DNA of 64,000 nucleotides from an uncultured Candidatus Binatia bacterium (GCA_965215605.1 OZ244070.1:1408001-1472000); one strand, 5' to 3'. Shown: positions 36,818-47,395, numbered from the stretch's first letter. Translations and numbers: made by a program. The notes: generated by a model from the sequence alone, not told the origin.

Positions 36818-37909
36818 ATGAGCCTCCGTTCCCGGGCCGTGGCGGAGTTGCGCCGGAGCCTGGCGGATCTCCGGGAGCGCCTCCCCGCCATCCTCGCCGC
36901 CCTGGCGGTGGGCGTTCCGGCGGGGTACGCCTGCGCCGCCATCGACCTGCCCATCCCCTGGATGATCGGGCCCATGGTGGCCGTGGCCGTGCTCAACCTC
37001 CGGGGGGTCGCCATGGACTCGCCGCCCTATGCGCGGCAGATGGGCCAGGTGCTGCTCGGTTCGGGAATAGCCCTCTACTTCACCCCGCCGGTGGTGACGG
37101 CGCTGGCCAGCTACTGGCTGCCCATCGTCCTGTCCACCCTGTCCACCTTCCTGATCGGAGCGCTGGGGGCGGTGATCCTCAGCCGGGTGTCGGGGGTCGA
37201 GACCCGCTCCACGTTCTTCGCGTCCATCCCGGGCGGCGCCATGGCCATGGCCAACCTGGCCCACCGGTACGGCGCGCAGATCGCGCCGGTGGCGGTGGCC
37301 CACAGCCTGCGCGTCTCCATCCTGGTCCTGGTCATCCCCTTCGCCCTGACCTACGGCGGCATCCCGCTGGAGACCGGCGACTACAAGCCCACGGTGCCGC
37401 TGGACGTGGCCGTGCTGGTGCCCTGGCTGCTGGCGGGGTTCGTGCTGGGGGAGATTTCCGAGCGCCTGCACATGCACAACGGCTACCTGCTCATGCCGAT
37501 CTTCTTCGGCGCGGCCTTCACGGTGAGCGAGGTGCCGCTCTCGGCGGTGCCGGACTGGATGACCAACTTCGCCCAGCTCATGTTCGGCCTGGTGCTCGGG
37601 GCGCGCTACGAACGGGCGTTCTTCGCGCGCTACAAGCTGTTCATCCCGTTCGCGCTGCTGAACTCGTTTTTCGTGCTGGCGGCCTCCATGGTGGTGGCCG
37701 TGGCCCTGGCCTGGGGCTTCCGGCTCCCCATTGCCACGATGATCATCTCCACCTCGCCCGGCGGGCTGGCGGAGATGGCCATCACCGCCCAGGCCTTGCA
37801 GATCGGCGTCCCCGCGGTGATCGCGTTTCATCTGGCCCGGGTGGTGGTGGTAAACATGGGGACGCAGCACATCTACGTCGCCGGCACCCGGTGGCGGCGG
37901 CGCGGGTGA
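36818..37909 (+). CDS. AbrB-family membrane protein
   Basis: PIPWMIGP, duplicated PGG motifs (SIPGGAMAM, SPGGLAEM) and about 10 TM helices. Confidence 0.85.
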   Translation: MSLRSRAVAELRRSLADLRERLPAILAALAVGVPAGYACAAIDLPIPWMIGPMVAVAVLNLRGVAMDSPPYARQMGQVLLGSGIALYFTPPVVTALASYWLPIVLSTLSTFLIGALGAVILSRVSGVETRSTFFASIPGGAMAMANLAHRYGAQIAPVAVAHSLRVSILVLVIPFALTYGGIPLETGDYKPTVPLDVAVLVPWLLAGFVLGEISERLHMHNGYLLMPIFFGAAFTVSEVPLSAVPDWMTNFAQLMFGLVLGARYERAFFARYKLFIPFALLNSFFVLAASMVVAVALAWGFRLPIATMIISTSPGGLAEMAITAQALQIGVPAVIAFHLARVVVVNMGTQHIYVAGTRWRRRG

Positions 37910-37935
37910 CCGGTGATCCCCACCGAGGAGGCATC

Positions 37936-38817
37936 ATGGAAGAGAAGATCCGTTTCTACAGCGGCCCCGGCTACGCCCTCTCCGGCGTGCTGTCCGTCCC
38001 CGATTCCCGCGACCGCTCGCAACCCCGCCCGGGGGTCGTCCTGTGCCAGGGCTACGCCGGCCTCAAGGAGTCCCTCATGCCCGCGGTGGCCGCGCGCCTG
38101 TCCGCCGAGGGGTACGCGACGCTGCGCTTCGACTACCGCGGCTTCGGCGAGAGCGAGGGGCCGCGGCACCGCCTGATTCCCTTGGAGCAGATCGAGGACA
38201 TCCGCAACGGCCTCACCTGCCTGGGCGTGCGCGACGAGGTGGACCCCGGGCGGCTGGCCGTCTGGGGCACCAGCTTCGGCGGCGCCCACGCCGCCTACGC
38301 GGCCGCCGTGGACGAACGCGTCCGCTGCATCGTCAGCGTCGTGGGCGTAGGCGACGGCGAGCGCTGGCTCCGTTGCCTGCGCCGGGAGTGGGAGTGGCAG
38401 GCGTTCGTGAATGAACTGGAGGAGGACCGGGACCGCCGGGTCCTGAGCGGACAGTCCCGGCGCGTGCACCCCTACCACATCATGGAAACCACGCCCGAGG
38501 GATGGGAATTCTGGAACGAGACCGTGGCCGCCAACCCCGAGAGAGGCCAGGTCGAGATGCCGCTGGAGTGCGCCGACGCCATCATCGAGTACAAGCCCGA
38601 GACCATCGCCCACGAGATGACGAGCCCGGCCCTGTACGTATCCGCCGAACTCGACAGCCTGACCCCTCTCGACGAGCAGTTGAGCCTTTACGACTGTTCA
38701 CCCGAGCCCAAACACTACGAGGTGATTCCCGGCGTCAACCACCACGACGTCTACAAGGAGCCGCACCTGACCCACCTGCTGGACCTGTCGGTGGACTGGC
38801 TCAACGAGCACCTGTGA
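37936..38817 (+). CDS. Alpha/beta hydrolase
   Basis: FDYRGFGESEG, nucleophile GTSFGG, D in ELDSLTP and a C-terminal His. Confidence 0.9.
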   Translation: MEEKIRFYSGPGYALSGVLSVPDSRDRSQPRPGVVLCQGYAGLKESLMPAVAARLSAEGYATLRFDYRGFGESEGPRHRLIPLEQIEDIRNGLTCLGVRDEVDPGRLAVWGTSFGGAHAAYAAAVDERVRCIVSVVGVGDGERWLRCLRREWEWQAFVNELEEDRDRRVLSGQSRRVHPYHIMETTPEGWEFWNETVAANPERGQVEMPLECADAIIEYKPETIAHEMTSPALYVSAELDSLTPLDEQLSLYDCSPEPKHYEVIPGVNHHDVYKEPHLTHLLDLSVDWLNEHL

Positions 38818-38869
38818 ACCCATGACGTGATCGGTATCGTTCATGGTCCGATGACGCATGGCCGGCCCG

Positions 38870-39886
38870 TCACCCGCCCGACGGCTCGTCGGTCGCCGGG
38901 GCCACATGGCAACGCGGCACGGTCAGGAGGGTCTCCCCGGGTTCCGCGCCGGTCCGAGCCGTTTCCAGAACGACCTCGCAGGGGGTGACGGCCCTGACCC
39001 GGATGCGGCGGCCGTCAAGCCGGGAGCCCGGTTGGACGACGTGGCCGTAACCCTCGGCATCCCTCACCAGCGCCACGGCGGCGCGCTCCTGCCAGACGAT
39101 GCCCACCGCCCGGAATCGCGGCGCGGGGTCGGGAGCCGGAAGCAGGTCCGGGGCCGCTTCCGGCTCCGGCGGGCCGTCCGGGAACGGCAGCACGGGGGAG
39201 CGGTAGGGCTGGAACGGGTCCCGTCGAGGCGGCGGGAGCGTTCCGGCCGGGGCCTGCGCCTCCGTGGCGGCGGCGCCCCCGGGCTCCGGCACGGCCACCC
39301 CCACGTTTACCGTGGCGGCGGCCTCTTCCACGGGCCGCATCCGCAACGTGGCCATGTCCAGCGTGATGCGGAGGACGGTACGGCCGTCCTCCACGTCAGC
39401 CGCCTCCACGGCCAGGTTCCTCGGGGTCGTCAGGCGGCGCGGTCCCGGGGAGCGTTCGAGGAACTTCAGGAGATCGTGGAAGCCCCCTTCGAGCTCCACC
39501 TTCATGGGATGCTCGGTGAAATGCTCGCCCTCGACGGCTGCGCCCGGGTGCAAACGGACCACCTCGAGCCCGGCCGCGGCCGCCCGCACGTTCACGCTCT
39601 CCAGCACCGAAGACGGCTCGCCGGCCCGTGCCAGGCGCCGCTGCAACTCCCGCCGCAGCCCGGCCAGCTCCTCGCGGAGTTGCGGCAGGCGGCCCAGCTC
39701 CCGGCGCAACCGCGCCTCGTCGAGGCGGGCGAGGTCGAGATCCGCCGCGGCCCGGGCCAGGCGGCCCGCCTGGGGACGGTGCACCAGGACATGGTCCAGT
39801 GCCCCCAGCAAGAGGATGCTCCCCAGAACCAACAGGATTTGCTGGACCAGGGAGCGTTCGAGCAGGAGGTCGAGGTAGTAGCGCAT
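38870..39886 (-). CDS. pilO: Type IV pilus PilO with fused PilP-like C-terminal domain
   Basis: TM plus coiled coil and GGFHDLLKFL (PilO), then RDPF and VGIVW...ALVRD.EG.GHVV..G (PilP-like). Confidence 0.75.
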   Translation of the reverse strand: MRYYLDLLLERSLVQQILLVLGSILLLGALDHVLVHRPQAGRLARAAADLDLARLDEARLRRELGRLPQLREELAGLRRELQRRLARAGEPSSVLESVNVRAAAAGLEVVRLHPGAAVEGEHFTEHPMKVELEGGFHDLLKFLERSPGPRRLTTPRNLAVEAADVEDGRTVLRITLDMATLRMRPVEEAAATVNVGVAVPEPGGAAATEAQAPAGTLPPPRRDPFQPYRSPVLPFPDGPPEPEAAPDLLPAPDPAPRFRAVGIVWQERAAVALVRDAEGYGHVVQPGSRLDGRRIRVRAVTPCEVVLETARTGAEPGETLLTVPRCHVAPATDEPSGG

Positions 39887-39942
39887 GATGGACTCAACGG
39901 TTGCCGTTCCCCGCCGGGATCACGGAAACTTGAAGGGCTCGG

Positions 39943-40509
39943 TCAGTCGCGGGGCGGCGCGGGAACCGGAGGCAGCCCGTTTCGCCCGTGAACGACGAAG
40001 CGCCTCAGGCCCTCTCCCTCCGTTGCCTCACCGGCCTCCATGAGGTCACGGGCCTCGAACGTGCCGGCGAGGGCGCGCAGGAACCCGGCAATGGAGTCGT
40101 CGTCCATGGCCTGTCCCTCCAGCACCGTCGCGTCGCCGGACTCGGCGTAGCGGGTGAGCCACAGCCTCTCCGGAACCGCGGTCGAGAGCCCGCGCAGCAC
40201 CCGCGGATGCTCGGCCCGCCGCTCAAGCCAATCAGCGACGGCGCGGCTCTTCAGACGCGCCTGCTTCACCGTCTCTTCCAGGATCTTGACATCCCTGGAC
40301 CTCACGCGCAGGGCCGCCACTTTCTGCCGGAGAGCCGCGAGGTCGGACTCCAGGGCGTTGCCCCTGCGGTGCTGAGAGAGGTTGCCGGCAGCCAGCGCCC
40401 CGGCGGCCAACAGCAGGGCGGCGGCGCCGGCCAGGAGGACCCGGCGTTTGCGCCGCAGCTCCCGAATCTCCCGGGTCGGCAGCAGGTTGACACGGATCGA
40501 GGCGCTCAT
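39943..40509 (-). CDS. pilN: Type IV pilus assembly protein PilN
   Basis: IRVNLLP, TM helix, coiled coil and VPERLWLT. Lies downstream of pilM. Confidence 0.85.
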   Translation of the reverse strand: MSASIRVNLLPTREIRELRRKRRVLLAGAAALLLAAGALAAGNLSQHRRGNALESDLAALRQKVAALRVRSRDVKILEETVKQARLKSRAVADWLERRAEHPRVLRGLSTAVPERLWLTRYAESGDATVLEGQAMDDDSIAGFLRALAGTFEARDLMEAGEATEGEGLRRFVVHGRNGLPPVPAPPRD

Positions 40510-40553
40510 GGGATCCCCCCTTGCCGCGCTGAAGGCGCCCTCCTTCCCGCTTG

Positions 40554-41591
40554 TCACTCGGACGGGCTCCTGGTAGCGAGTCCGGCCACGACTGCGAACT
40601 CCGGCCCCTGCGGCCGGGCCGCCGGGGTGGACGGGGCGGACGGGACCTCGCCGACAAGGGACGGACGGTACACGCGGACGTCGGCGTCCAGTGACTGGGC
40701 CAGGCTCGGACCGAGGCCGGGAAGAAGCGCCCCGCCGCCGCTCAGCACGATGCGGCGCGGACCGGTCCCGTCCCCGAGCCCGCCCAGCAGGCTGAGGCCC
40801 CGGCCTGCATCCGCGGCGAAGCGGACGCACCAGGACTCCAACAGCCCGGCCACCTCCGGCGGCGGGTCGCCGCGCTTGAGCGCCTCGGCCTCGTCACGGG
40901 GCACCCTCAACCGCTCGGCCAGACTCTCCGTGGCCTGCTCCCCGCCCCACGGTAACTCGTGGGTCCGTCCCGGCGGGTCGCCCGCCGGGACCTGGAGGAT
41001 GGTGGAGCGGGCGCCCACGTGGATGAGAGCATCGGCGGCAGGTTCTCCGGACGCACCGGCGCCGGACCGGAGCGCGAAGTAGTCCACATCCACCACGGCC
41101 GGAACCAGGCCGGCGGCGTCCACCAGCATGACGTAGCCCTCCACCAGGGTTTTGCGGGCGGCGATGAGCAGGACCTCCAGTCCTCCGTCCTCCGAGGCGC
41201 CGAGGACGTGATAGTCCAGGTTGACAGCGTCGAGGTCCTCGGGGATCGCCTCCATGGCCTCGAACTCGATGGCCCGGTCGAGCTTTTCCACGGGCTGGGC
41301 GGAGACCCGCAACCGCTTCATGATGACCCCCCGGCCCGGCACCGACACCACCGCCTGGCGCGGCCGGCCACGGGCAGGGCCGGCGAACTCGCGGACCGCG
41401 TCTCCGACCACGTCCGGCCGGCGCACGAAACCGTTCTCCACCGCCCCGGGCGACACCGCCAGCGAACCAACCCGCGCCACGCCCCCACCGTCCGCCACCT
41501 CCGCGATCTTGACCGCGCTGGAGCCGACATCCAGCGCGAACCAGGAGCGCGCCCGGCGGGACCAGGGGAGTCGTGAGGCAAGGCCGCGCAT
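40554..41591 (-). CDS. pilM: Type IV pilus assembly protein PilM
   Basis: ALDVGSSAVKIAE, VNLDYHVL, VVDVDYFAL and VLSGGGA. It is the 3' part of listed ORF 40554-44090. Confidence 0.88.
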   Translation of the reverse strand: MRGLASRLPWSRRARSWFALDVGSSAVKIAEVADGGGVARVGSLAVSPGAVENGFVRRPDVVGDAVREFAGPARGRPRQAVVSVPGRGVIMKRLRVSAQPVEKLDRAIEFEAMEAIPEDLDAVNLDYHVLGASEDGGLEVLLIAARKTLVEGYVMLVDAAGLVPAVVDVDYFALRSGAGASGEPAADALIHVGARSTILQVPAGDPPGRTHELPWGGEQATESLAERLRVPRDEAEALKRGDPPPEVAGLLESWCVRFAADAGRGLSLLGGLGDGTGPRRIVLSGGGALLPGLGPSLAQSLDADVRVYRPSLVGEVPSAPSTPAARPQGPEFAVVAGLATRSPSE

Positions 41592-41894
41592 GGGGAGATG
41601 CAACGCAAATGCCGGGCCAGCTTCCGAGGGCAACGCGCAAGGGCGGCCGGAGATTGTGAACGGCCGGCGTTGCGCGGCCGAAACCTTGCGCCTTGTCGAG
41701 GAGTTGCGCGTCTTGGGCCGTGGTTTCCAGCACCGACAGCGGCGGCCGTGCGGCGTCACGGGAATCGGACTCTTCACGCCCCGGCGTACTGTCATGCCCA
41801 CGGCGGTCGTCAGCGTTCCGACGGTTGCCTCCGCCGTGATGGGCCGGCGGCGGGGCGTGGCATTCCGGGGCGGTCTCGTGATTAATTCGGGGAG

Positions 41895-44120
41895 ATGGAC
41901 GCGAGGGGGAAATACGCGCTGGTGGCGGTGCCGGCGCCGCTTCAGGAGCCGTTGACCTATGCGGTGCCGCAGGCGTTGGGAGGGCGGCTGCAGGCGGGGA
42001 TGCGCGTGCTCGTGCCGCTGGGCCGGCGGCGGGTGACCGGGGTGGTGGTGGGGTTCGAGCGGGAATCCCCGGTGGCGGGGGTCAAGGAGATCGCCGAGGC
42101 CTTGGACGACGAGGTGCTGTTCGACCGGGGGTTCCTCGATCTGTGCCGCTGGGCGGCGGACTACTACGTGGCGTCCCTGGGGGAGATGCTGGCCACGGCG
42201 CTGCCGCCGCTGCTGCGCACCGAGAGCCGGGTGGTGGCGGCCTTCGCCGCCGACCCGGAAAGCTTTCACGGCGAACTGGACCGGGAGGTGCTGGATGCGC
42301 TCCGGCGGCGCGGGCCGCTGGCGCCGGCGGCGCTGGGCCGGCTGTTCCCGCGCCGCGGGGCCAAGGCCGCCCTGGACCGGTTGGCGGCGGCCGGCGCGGT
42401 GACCCTGGGGGAGCGCCTGAGGGGTCACGTGCGCGAGGCCCGGCGCCGGAAGGCGGCCCGGCCCGAAAACGCCGCCGGGGCGGCCGCGCCCGGCCAGGCG
42501 CCGGTGCTCACCGGGGAGCAGCAGCGGGCCCTCGGGGCCATGGAGCCGCGGCTGCGGCAGGGCGGCTTCGAGACCCTGTTGCTGCACGGGGTCACCGGCA
42601 GCGGCAAGACCGAGGTCTACCTCCAGGCCATGGAGCGGGTGCGTCGCCGGGGCCTGCAGAGCCTGATCCTGGTGCCGGAGATCGCGCTGACGCCGCAGTT
42701 GCTGGACCGCCTGGAAGCGCGCTTTCCGGGCGATGTCGCCGTGCTCCACAGCCGCCTCACCGGCGCCGAGCGCTGGCGCCAATGGTGGCGCGTGGCCCAG
42801 GGCCTGGCCAGGGTGGTGGTGGGGGCGCGCTCCGCGGTCTTCGCCCCGGCCCGGGAGCTTGGGCTCATCGTCGTGGACGAGGAGCACGACTACAGCTACA
42901 AGCAGGAGGAAGGCGTCCGCTATCACGGACGCGACCTGGCGGTGGTGCGGGGCCGCATCGTCGGCTGCCCGGTGATCCTGGGCTCTGCCACTCCCTCGGT
43001 GGAGACCTACCACAACGCCCTCAGCGGCCGGTACCGGATGCTGGAGCTGACCGAGCGGGTGGAGGCCCGGCCCATGCCGGCGGTGGAGATCGTGGACCTC
43101 AAGAGCCGGCCCGGACAGGCCGCCGGGGAGAAGCTCTTCTCCGCGCCGCTGCTGCGCGCGCTCCGGGAGAACCACGAGCAGGGACTCCAGAGCCTGATCT
43201 TCCTCAACCGCCGCGGCTTCGCCTCGTTCCTCCAGTGCTGGTCCTGCGGTTTCGTGGTGCAATGCCCGCGCTGCAGCATCAGCCTCACCTACCATCTCGG
43301 GCGCAACAGCAGCTTCTGCCACCACTGCGGCTTCCGCCAACGCAAGCCCGACGCCTGCCCCGGCTGCGGCAACCTGTCCCTGAGCGAGATCGGGTTCGGC
43401 ACCGAGCGGGTGGAGCACGAGCTTCGCCGGCTGCTGCCCAAGGCGCGCATCGGCCGCATGGACCGGGACACCACCGGCCCCCGGGGCGCCCAGGAACGGA
43501 TCTTCCGGTCGTGGGAGAAGGGGGAACTGGACGTCCTGGTGGGCACGCAGATGGTGGCCAAGGGCCACGACGTGGGCGGGGTGACCCTGGTGGGTGTGAT
43601 CCTGGCCGATTCCTCGCTGAACCTGCCGGACTTCCGGGCGGCAGAGAAGACCTTCCAGATCATCAGCCAGGTGGCCGGCCGGGCCGGCCGGGCGCTCCGG
43701 CCGGGCCGGGTCATCGTGCAGACGCTGGTGCCGGGCCACTACTGCTTCGGCCACGCCCGGGACCACGACTACCCGGCGTTCTTCGCCACCGAGACCGCGT
43801 TCCGGCGGGAGCTGGGCTACCCGCCGTTCCAGCACCTGGTGCACCTGCGCGTCGACGGCGCCGACGGCGACAAGGTGGCCCGGAGCGTCCGGGAACTCGC
43901 CCGGGAGCTGCGCCGGAGGGAAGCCCGGGAACCGGTGGAGATACTCGGCCCCGCGCCCGCTCCCATCGCCCGGCTGCGCAACCGCTACCGCTGGCAGATC
44001 CTGCTCAAGGGGGCCAACCGGCCGGCGCTCCTGGCCGTGGCCCGGCGCGCGGTGGCGCTCCTGCCCAAGGGCCGGGCCGCCCGGATCCACGTTGATGTGG
44101 ATCCTTACAACATGTTATAG
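41895..44120 (+). CDS. priA: Primosomal protein N'
   Basis: GVTGSGKTEVY, VPEIALTPQ, DEEH, Cys-rich zinc motifs, GTQMVAKG and QVAGRAGR. Confidence 0.97.
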   Translation: MDARGKYALVAVPAPLQEPLTYAVPQALGGRLQAGMRVLVPLGRRRVTGVVVGFERESPVAGVKEIAEALDDEVLFDRGFLDLCRWAADYYVASLGEMLATALPPLLRTESRVVAAFAADPESFHGELDREVLDALRRRGPLAPAALGRLFPRRGAKAALDRLAAAGAVTLGERLRGHVREARRRKAARPENAAGAAAPGQAPVLTGEQQRALGAMEPRLRQGGFETLLLHGVTGSGKTEVYLQAMERVRRRGLQSLILVPEIALTPQLLDRLEARFPGDVAVLHSRLTGAERWRQWWRVAQGLARVVVGARSAVFAPARELGLIVVDEEHDYSYKQEEGVRYHGRDLAVVRGRIVGCPVILGSATPSVETYHNALSGRYRMLELTERVEARPMPAVEIVDLKSRPGQAAGEKLFSAPLLRALRENHEQGLQSLIFLNRRGFASFLQCWSCGFVVQCPRCSISLTYHLGRNSSFCHHCGFRQRKPDACPGCGNLSLSEIGFGTERVEHELRRLLPKARIGRMDRDTTGPRGAQERIFRSWEKGELDVLVGTQMVAKGHDVGGVTLVGVILADSSLNLPDFRAAEKTFQIISQVAGRAGRALRPGRVIVQTLVPGHYCFGHARDHDYPAFFATETAFRRELGYPPFQHLVHLRVDGADGDKVARSVRELARELRRREAREPVEILGPAPAPIARLRNRYRWQILLKGANRPALLAVARRAVALLPKGRAARIHVDVDPYNML

Positions 44121-44174
44121 ATTCTTCCTTGGGGGGGCTCCCCCGATATCTCGATTTCAGGACGCCAGCCAGAC

Positions 44175-44711
44175 ATGATCCTCGACATCCTCAAGTTTCC
44201 GGACCCGATCCTGCGCGCGCCGGCGCGGCCGGTGGAGGCCATCACCGGCGAGACCGCCGAGCTCATGCAGAACATGCTGGAGACCATGTACGCGGCCCCG
44301 GGCATCGGGCTGGCGGCGCCCCAGGTGGGGGTCTCCCGGCGCATCATCGTGCTGGACCTCGACCACGAGAACCCCGGCGACAACGTCATCAAGCTGGCCA
44401 ACCCGGTGATCCACGAGGCCGAGGGCGAGGTGGTCTTCGAGGAGGGCTGCCTCAGCGTCGCCGACTTCACCGCGGAGGTGCAGCGGGCGGAGCGGGTGGC
44501 GGTGTCCGGGTACGACGAGAACGGCGACGAGGTGGAGATCGAGGCGGACGGGCTCCTGGCGGTGGCGCTGCAGCACGAGATCGACCATCTCGACGGCAAG
44601 CTCTTCATCGACCGCATCAGCCGCCTCAAGCGCGATCTCTACGTGCGCAAGCTCAAGAAGTCCATCCGCACGGGCAGGGAGATGCCGGAGAACCGCGGCG
44701 TCGTCATCTGA
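44175..44711 (+). CDS. def: Peptide deformylase
   Basis: GIGLAAPQVG, EGCLS and QHEIDHL. Confidence 0.97.
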   Translation: MILDILKFPDPILRAPARPVEAITGETAELMQNMLETMYAAPGIGLAAPQVGVSRRIIVLDLDHENPGDNVIKLANPVIHEAEGEVVFEEGCLSVADFTAEVQRAERVAVSGYDENGDEVEIEADGLLAVALQHEIDHLDGKLFIDRISRLKRDLYVRKLKKSIRTGREMPENRGVVI

Positions 44712-44795
44712 ACCCGGGGTCGTCGCATTCATCCGTACCGGACGCGCTCCGGCGCGCCCGTCTCCAGCCCGTAGACACACTCCCGGAGACATTCC

Positions 44796-45758
44796 ATGCG
44801 CATCGTCTTCATGGGCACGCCGCACTCGGCGGCGTCCTCGCTTCAGACCCTGCTCGACGGTCCCCACGAGGTGGCGGGGGTGGTGACCCAGCCGGACCGC
44901 CCGTCGGGGCGGGGCCAGTCCACCACGCCCTCGCCGGTGCGCCGGATCGCGGAAGAGCACGGGATTCCGGTGCTGACGCCGCTCAAGATGAAGGACCCCG
45001 GCCTGCTGGAGCGGCTGCGCGGCTGGCGGCCGGACCTCATGGCGGTGGTGGCCTACGGGCGCATCCTGCCCCAGACCATCCTGGACCTGGCGCCCCTGGG
45101 CTGCGTCAATGTCCACTACTCCCTGCTTCCCAAGTACCGCGGCGCCGCGCCCATGCAATGGGCCATCCTCCAGGGAGAGCCCGTCACCGGGGTGACCACC
45201 ATGCAACTCGTGGCGGAGATGGACGCGGGGCCAGTGTTGCTGGCGGAACAGGTCGCCATGGAACCCGGCGACACCGTGACCACGCTGGAGGCGCGGCTGG
45301 TGCCCCTGGGCGCCGGGCTCCTGGTGGAGACCGTGGCCGGCCTGGAGCGGGGATCGCTCACGCCCCGGCCCCAGGACCCGGCCGCCGTCACCTTCGCGCC
45401 GATGCTCCGGAAGGAGGACGGGCGCATCGACTGGCGCCGCCCGGCGGCGGAGATAGAGCGGCGCGTCCGGGCCTTCACCCCCTGGCCCTCGGCCTTCACC
45501 TGGTGGCAGGGGAAACGCATCAAGGTCCACGGCGCGAGGCTGGCGGACGGGACTCCCGCGCCGGGCGCCGACGCGCCCGGAACGGTGATGCTGGCCGGCG
45601 CGGACGGTATCCGGGTGGCCGCCGGCGACGGCGCGCTGCTGCTCACCGAGGTGCAGGCGGAAGGCCGGAAACGAATGCCGGCGGAGGACTTCCTCCGAGG
45701 CGCCGGGCTCCGGCAGGGGATGCGGTTCGACCCCGCGTCGCCCCGGGCCCCGGGGTGA
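44796..45758 (+). CDS. fmt: Methionyl-tRNA formyltransferase
   Basis: MRIVFMGTP, VTQPDRP, NVHYSLLPKYRGAAP and MDAG. Confidence 0.97.
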   Translation: MRIVFMGTPHSAASSLQTLLDGPHEVAGVVTQPDRPSGRGQSTTPSPVRRIAEEHGIPVLTPLKMKDPGLLERLRGWRPDLMAVVAYGRILPQTILDLAPLGCVNVHYSLLPKYRGAAPMQWAILQGEPVTGVTTMQLVAEMDAGPVLLAEQVAMEPGDTVTTLEARLVPLGAGLLVETVAGLERGSLTPRPQDPAAVTFAPMLRKEDGRIDWRRPAAEIERRVRAFTPWPSAFTWWQGKRIKVHGARLADGTPAPGADAPGTVMLAGADGIRVAAGDGALLLTEVQAEGRKRMPAEDFLRGAGLRQGMRFDPASPRAPG

Positions 45759-45804
45759 CATACGCGGCCGACGGCAAAAAGGACCCTCCGTTCAGGATCT
45801 ATTC

Positions 45805-47154
45805 ATGGGGCAGGACGCCAACAACCCACGTGCGCTCGCCCTCGCCCTGCTGGACCGCGTCGACCGGCGGCAGGCCTACGCAGATGTGCTGCTGAGCGCG
45901 CGCCTGGATCGGGCGGCCCTGCCGGCCGCCGACGCGGCGCTGCTGACCCGGACGGTCTACGGCACGCTCCGCTGGCGCGGCCGCATCGACTGGGTGCTGG
46001 GCGCGCTGCTCCGGAAACCGCTGAAGGACCTGGACCCGCTGGTCCGCAACCTGCTCCGCCTGGGGGGCTACGAGCTGCTCTTCCTGGACCGGGTGCCCGC
46101 CTACGCCACCGTCAACGAGATGGTGGAGCTGGCCCGGAGACGCGCCGGACCGGGCAAGGCGCGGCTGGTGAACGCGGTGCTGCGCCGGATCGCGGACCGG
46201 GAGCCCGAGGCCTGGTCGCCGCCCGCGTCCGGAAACGCCGAGGAGGAGGCCGCGCTGGTCTCACACCCGCCGTGGCTCGCCGCCCTGTGGCGGAAGCAGT
46301 TCGGCGCGGACGAGAGCCGGCGGCTGATGGAAGCCAACAACGAGGATGCGCCGCTGGTGCTGCGCGCCAACCGGCGGAGGATCGGCCGGGACGAACTGGT
46401 GCGGCGGCTGCGCGACCGCGGCGTCGACGCCCGGCCCGGGGCATGGTCGCCGCTGGCGGTACGGGTGCGCGGCACCGCCTCCCCCGGCGGCCTCGCCGAG
46501 TTCCGCGAGGGTCTGTGCCAGGTGCAGGGCGAAGCCTCCCAACTGGTGGGCTTCCTGGCGGCTCCGGAGCCCGGCCTGCGGGTGCTGGACGCCTGCGCGG
46601 CCCCCGGCGGCAAGACCACCCACATGGCGGAACTGATGGACGACCGGGGCGAGGTGCTGGCCTGCGACGTGTCGGAACGGGGCCTCGGCAGGCTGGCGGA
46701 CAACGCCCGCCGCCTGGGCCTGAGCTGCATCCACGCCCGCCCCGGCGACGCCGCCCGGTACCTTCCGGGCGAGCCGGACAGCTTCGACCGCGTGCTGGTG
46801 GACGCGCCCTGCTCCGGCCTGGGAACGCTGCGGGCGCACCCCGAGATCCGCTGGCGCCGCACCTGGAAGGACCTTGAGCGGCTGGCGACGCTGCAGGCCG
46901 CCATTCTGGAACAGGCCGCCTCACGGGTACGCCCCGGCGGCCTCCTCGTGTATGCCACCTGCACCCTCTCGCCGATCGAGAACGAAACGCTGGTGGGGGC
47001 ATTCGTCGAGCGCCACGCCGAGTTCGCCCTGGAGGACGCCGCCGCCCACCTTCCCGGCGCCGCCCACGCCATGACCGCCGGACGCCACTTCGTCACCCTG
47101 CCCCACCGCCATGACACCGACGGCTTCTTTGCCGCCCGCATGCGGCGGCGATGA
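45805..47154 (+). CDS. rsmB: 16S rRNA m5C967 methyltransferase
   Basis: NusB-like N-terminus, DACAAPGGKT, VDAPCSG, YATCT and DGFF. def-fmt-rsmB synteny. Confidence 0.95.
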   Translation: MGQDANNPRALALALLDRVDRRQAYADVLLSARLDRAALPAADAALLTRTVYGTLRWRGRIDWVLGALLRKPLKDLDPLVRNLLRLGGYELLFLDRVPAYATVNEMVELARRRAGPGKARLVNAVLRRIADREPEAWSPPASGNAEEEAALVSHPPWLAALWRKQFGADESRRLMEANNEDAPLVLRANRRRIGRDELVRRLRDRGVDARPGAWSPLAVRVRGTASPGGLAEFREGLCQVQGEASQLVGFLAAPEPGLRVLDACAAPGGKTTHMAELMDDRGEVLACDVSERGLGRLADNARRLGLSCIHARPGDAARYLPGEPDSFDRVLVDAPCSGLGTLRAHPEIRWRRTWKDLERLATLQAAILEQAASRVRPGGLLVYATCTLSPIENETLVGAFVERHAEFALEDAAAHLPGAAHAMTAGRHFVTLPHRHDTDGFFAARMRRR

Positions 47155-47318
47155 CGACCGGCCGAATCGAAGACGGCAGCCCGCGCATCTGATCCAGGAT
47201 ATCTGCGGCAAGGGTAGTCTCGGCTCTGACGCACTACTTTCCAGCCAGCCTCGTTTACGTCTCATCCGCCGTGTGTTAGATTTCCTGTCGACGGCCCGGG
47301 TTCCACCGGACCGAAAGT

Positions 47319-47395
47319 CGGGGCGTGGCTCAGCCTGGTAGAGCGCACGGTTCGGGTCCGTGAAGTCGCTGGTTCAAATCCAGTCGCCCCGACCA
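47319..47395 (+). tRNA. tRNA-Pro (anticodon CGG)
   Basis: Acceptor CGGGGCG/CGCCCCG, D-arm GCTCAGCCTGGTAGAGC, anticodon arm CACGG-TTCGGGT-CCGTG, T-loop TTCAAAT and encoded CCA. Confidence 0.96.

Noticed and set aside
36818-37909. Ammonia monooxygenase
   Set aside because: AbrB-family proteins often carry this label, but there are no amoCAB/pmoCAB motifs or partner genes.
40554-44090. 1178-aa minus-strand ORF and many other long overlapping ORFs
   Set aside because: These are antisense or alternate-frame shadows typical of high-GC DNA. Only 40554-41591 (PilM) is credible; the rest lies opposite priA.
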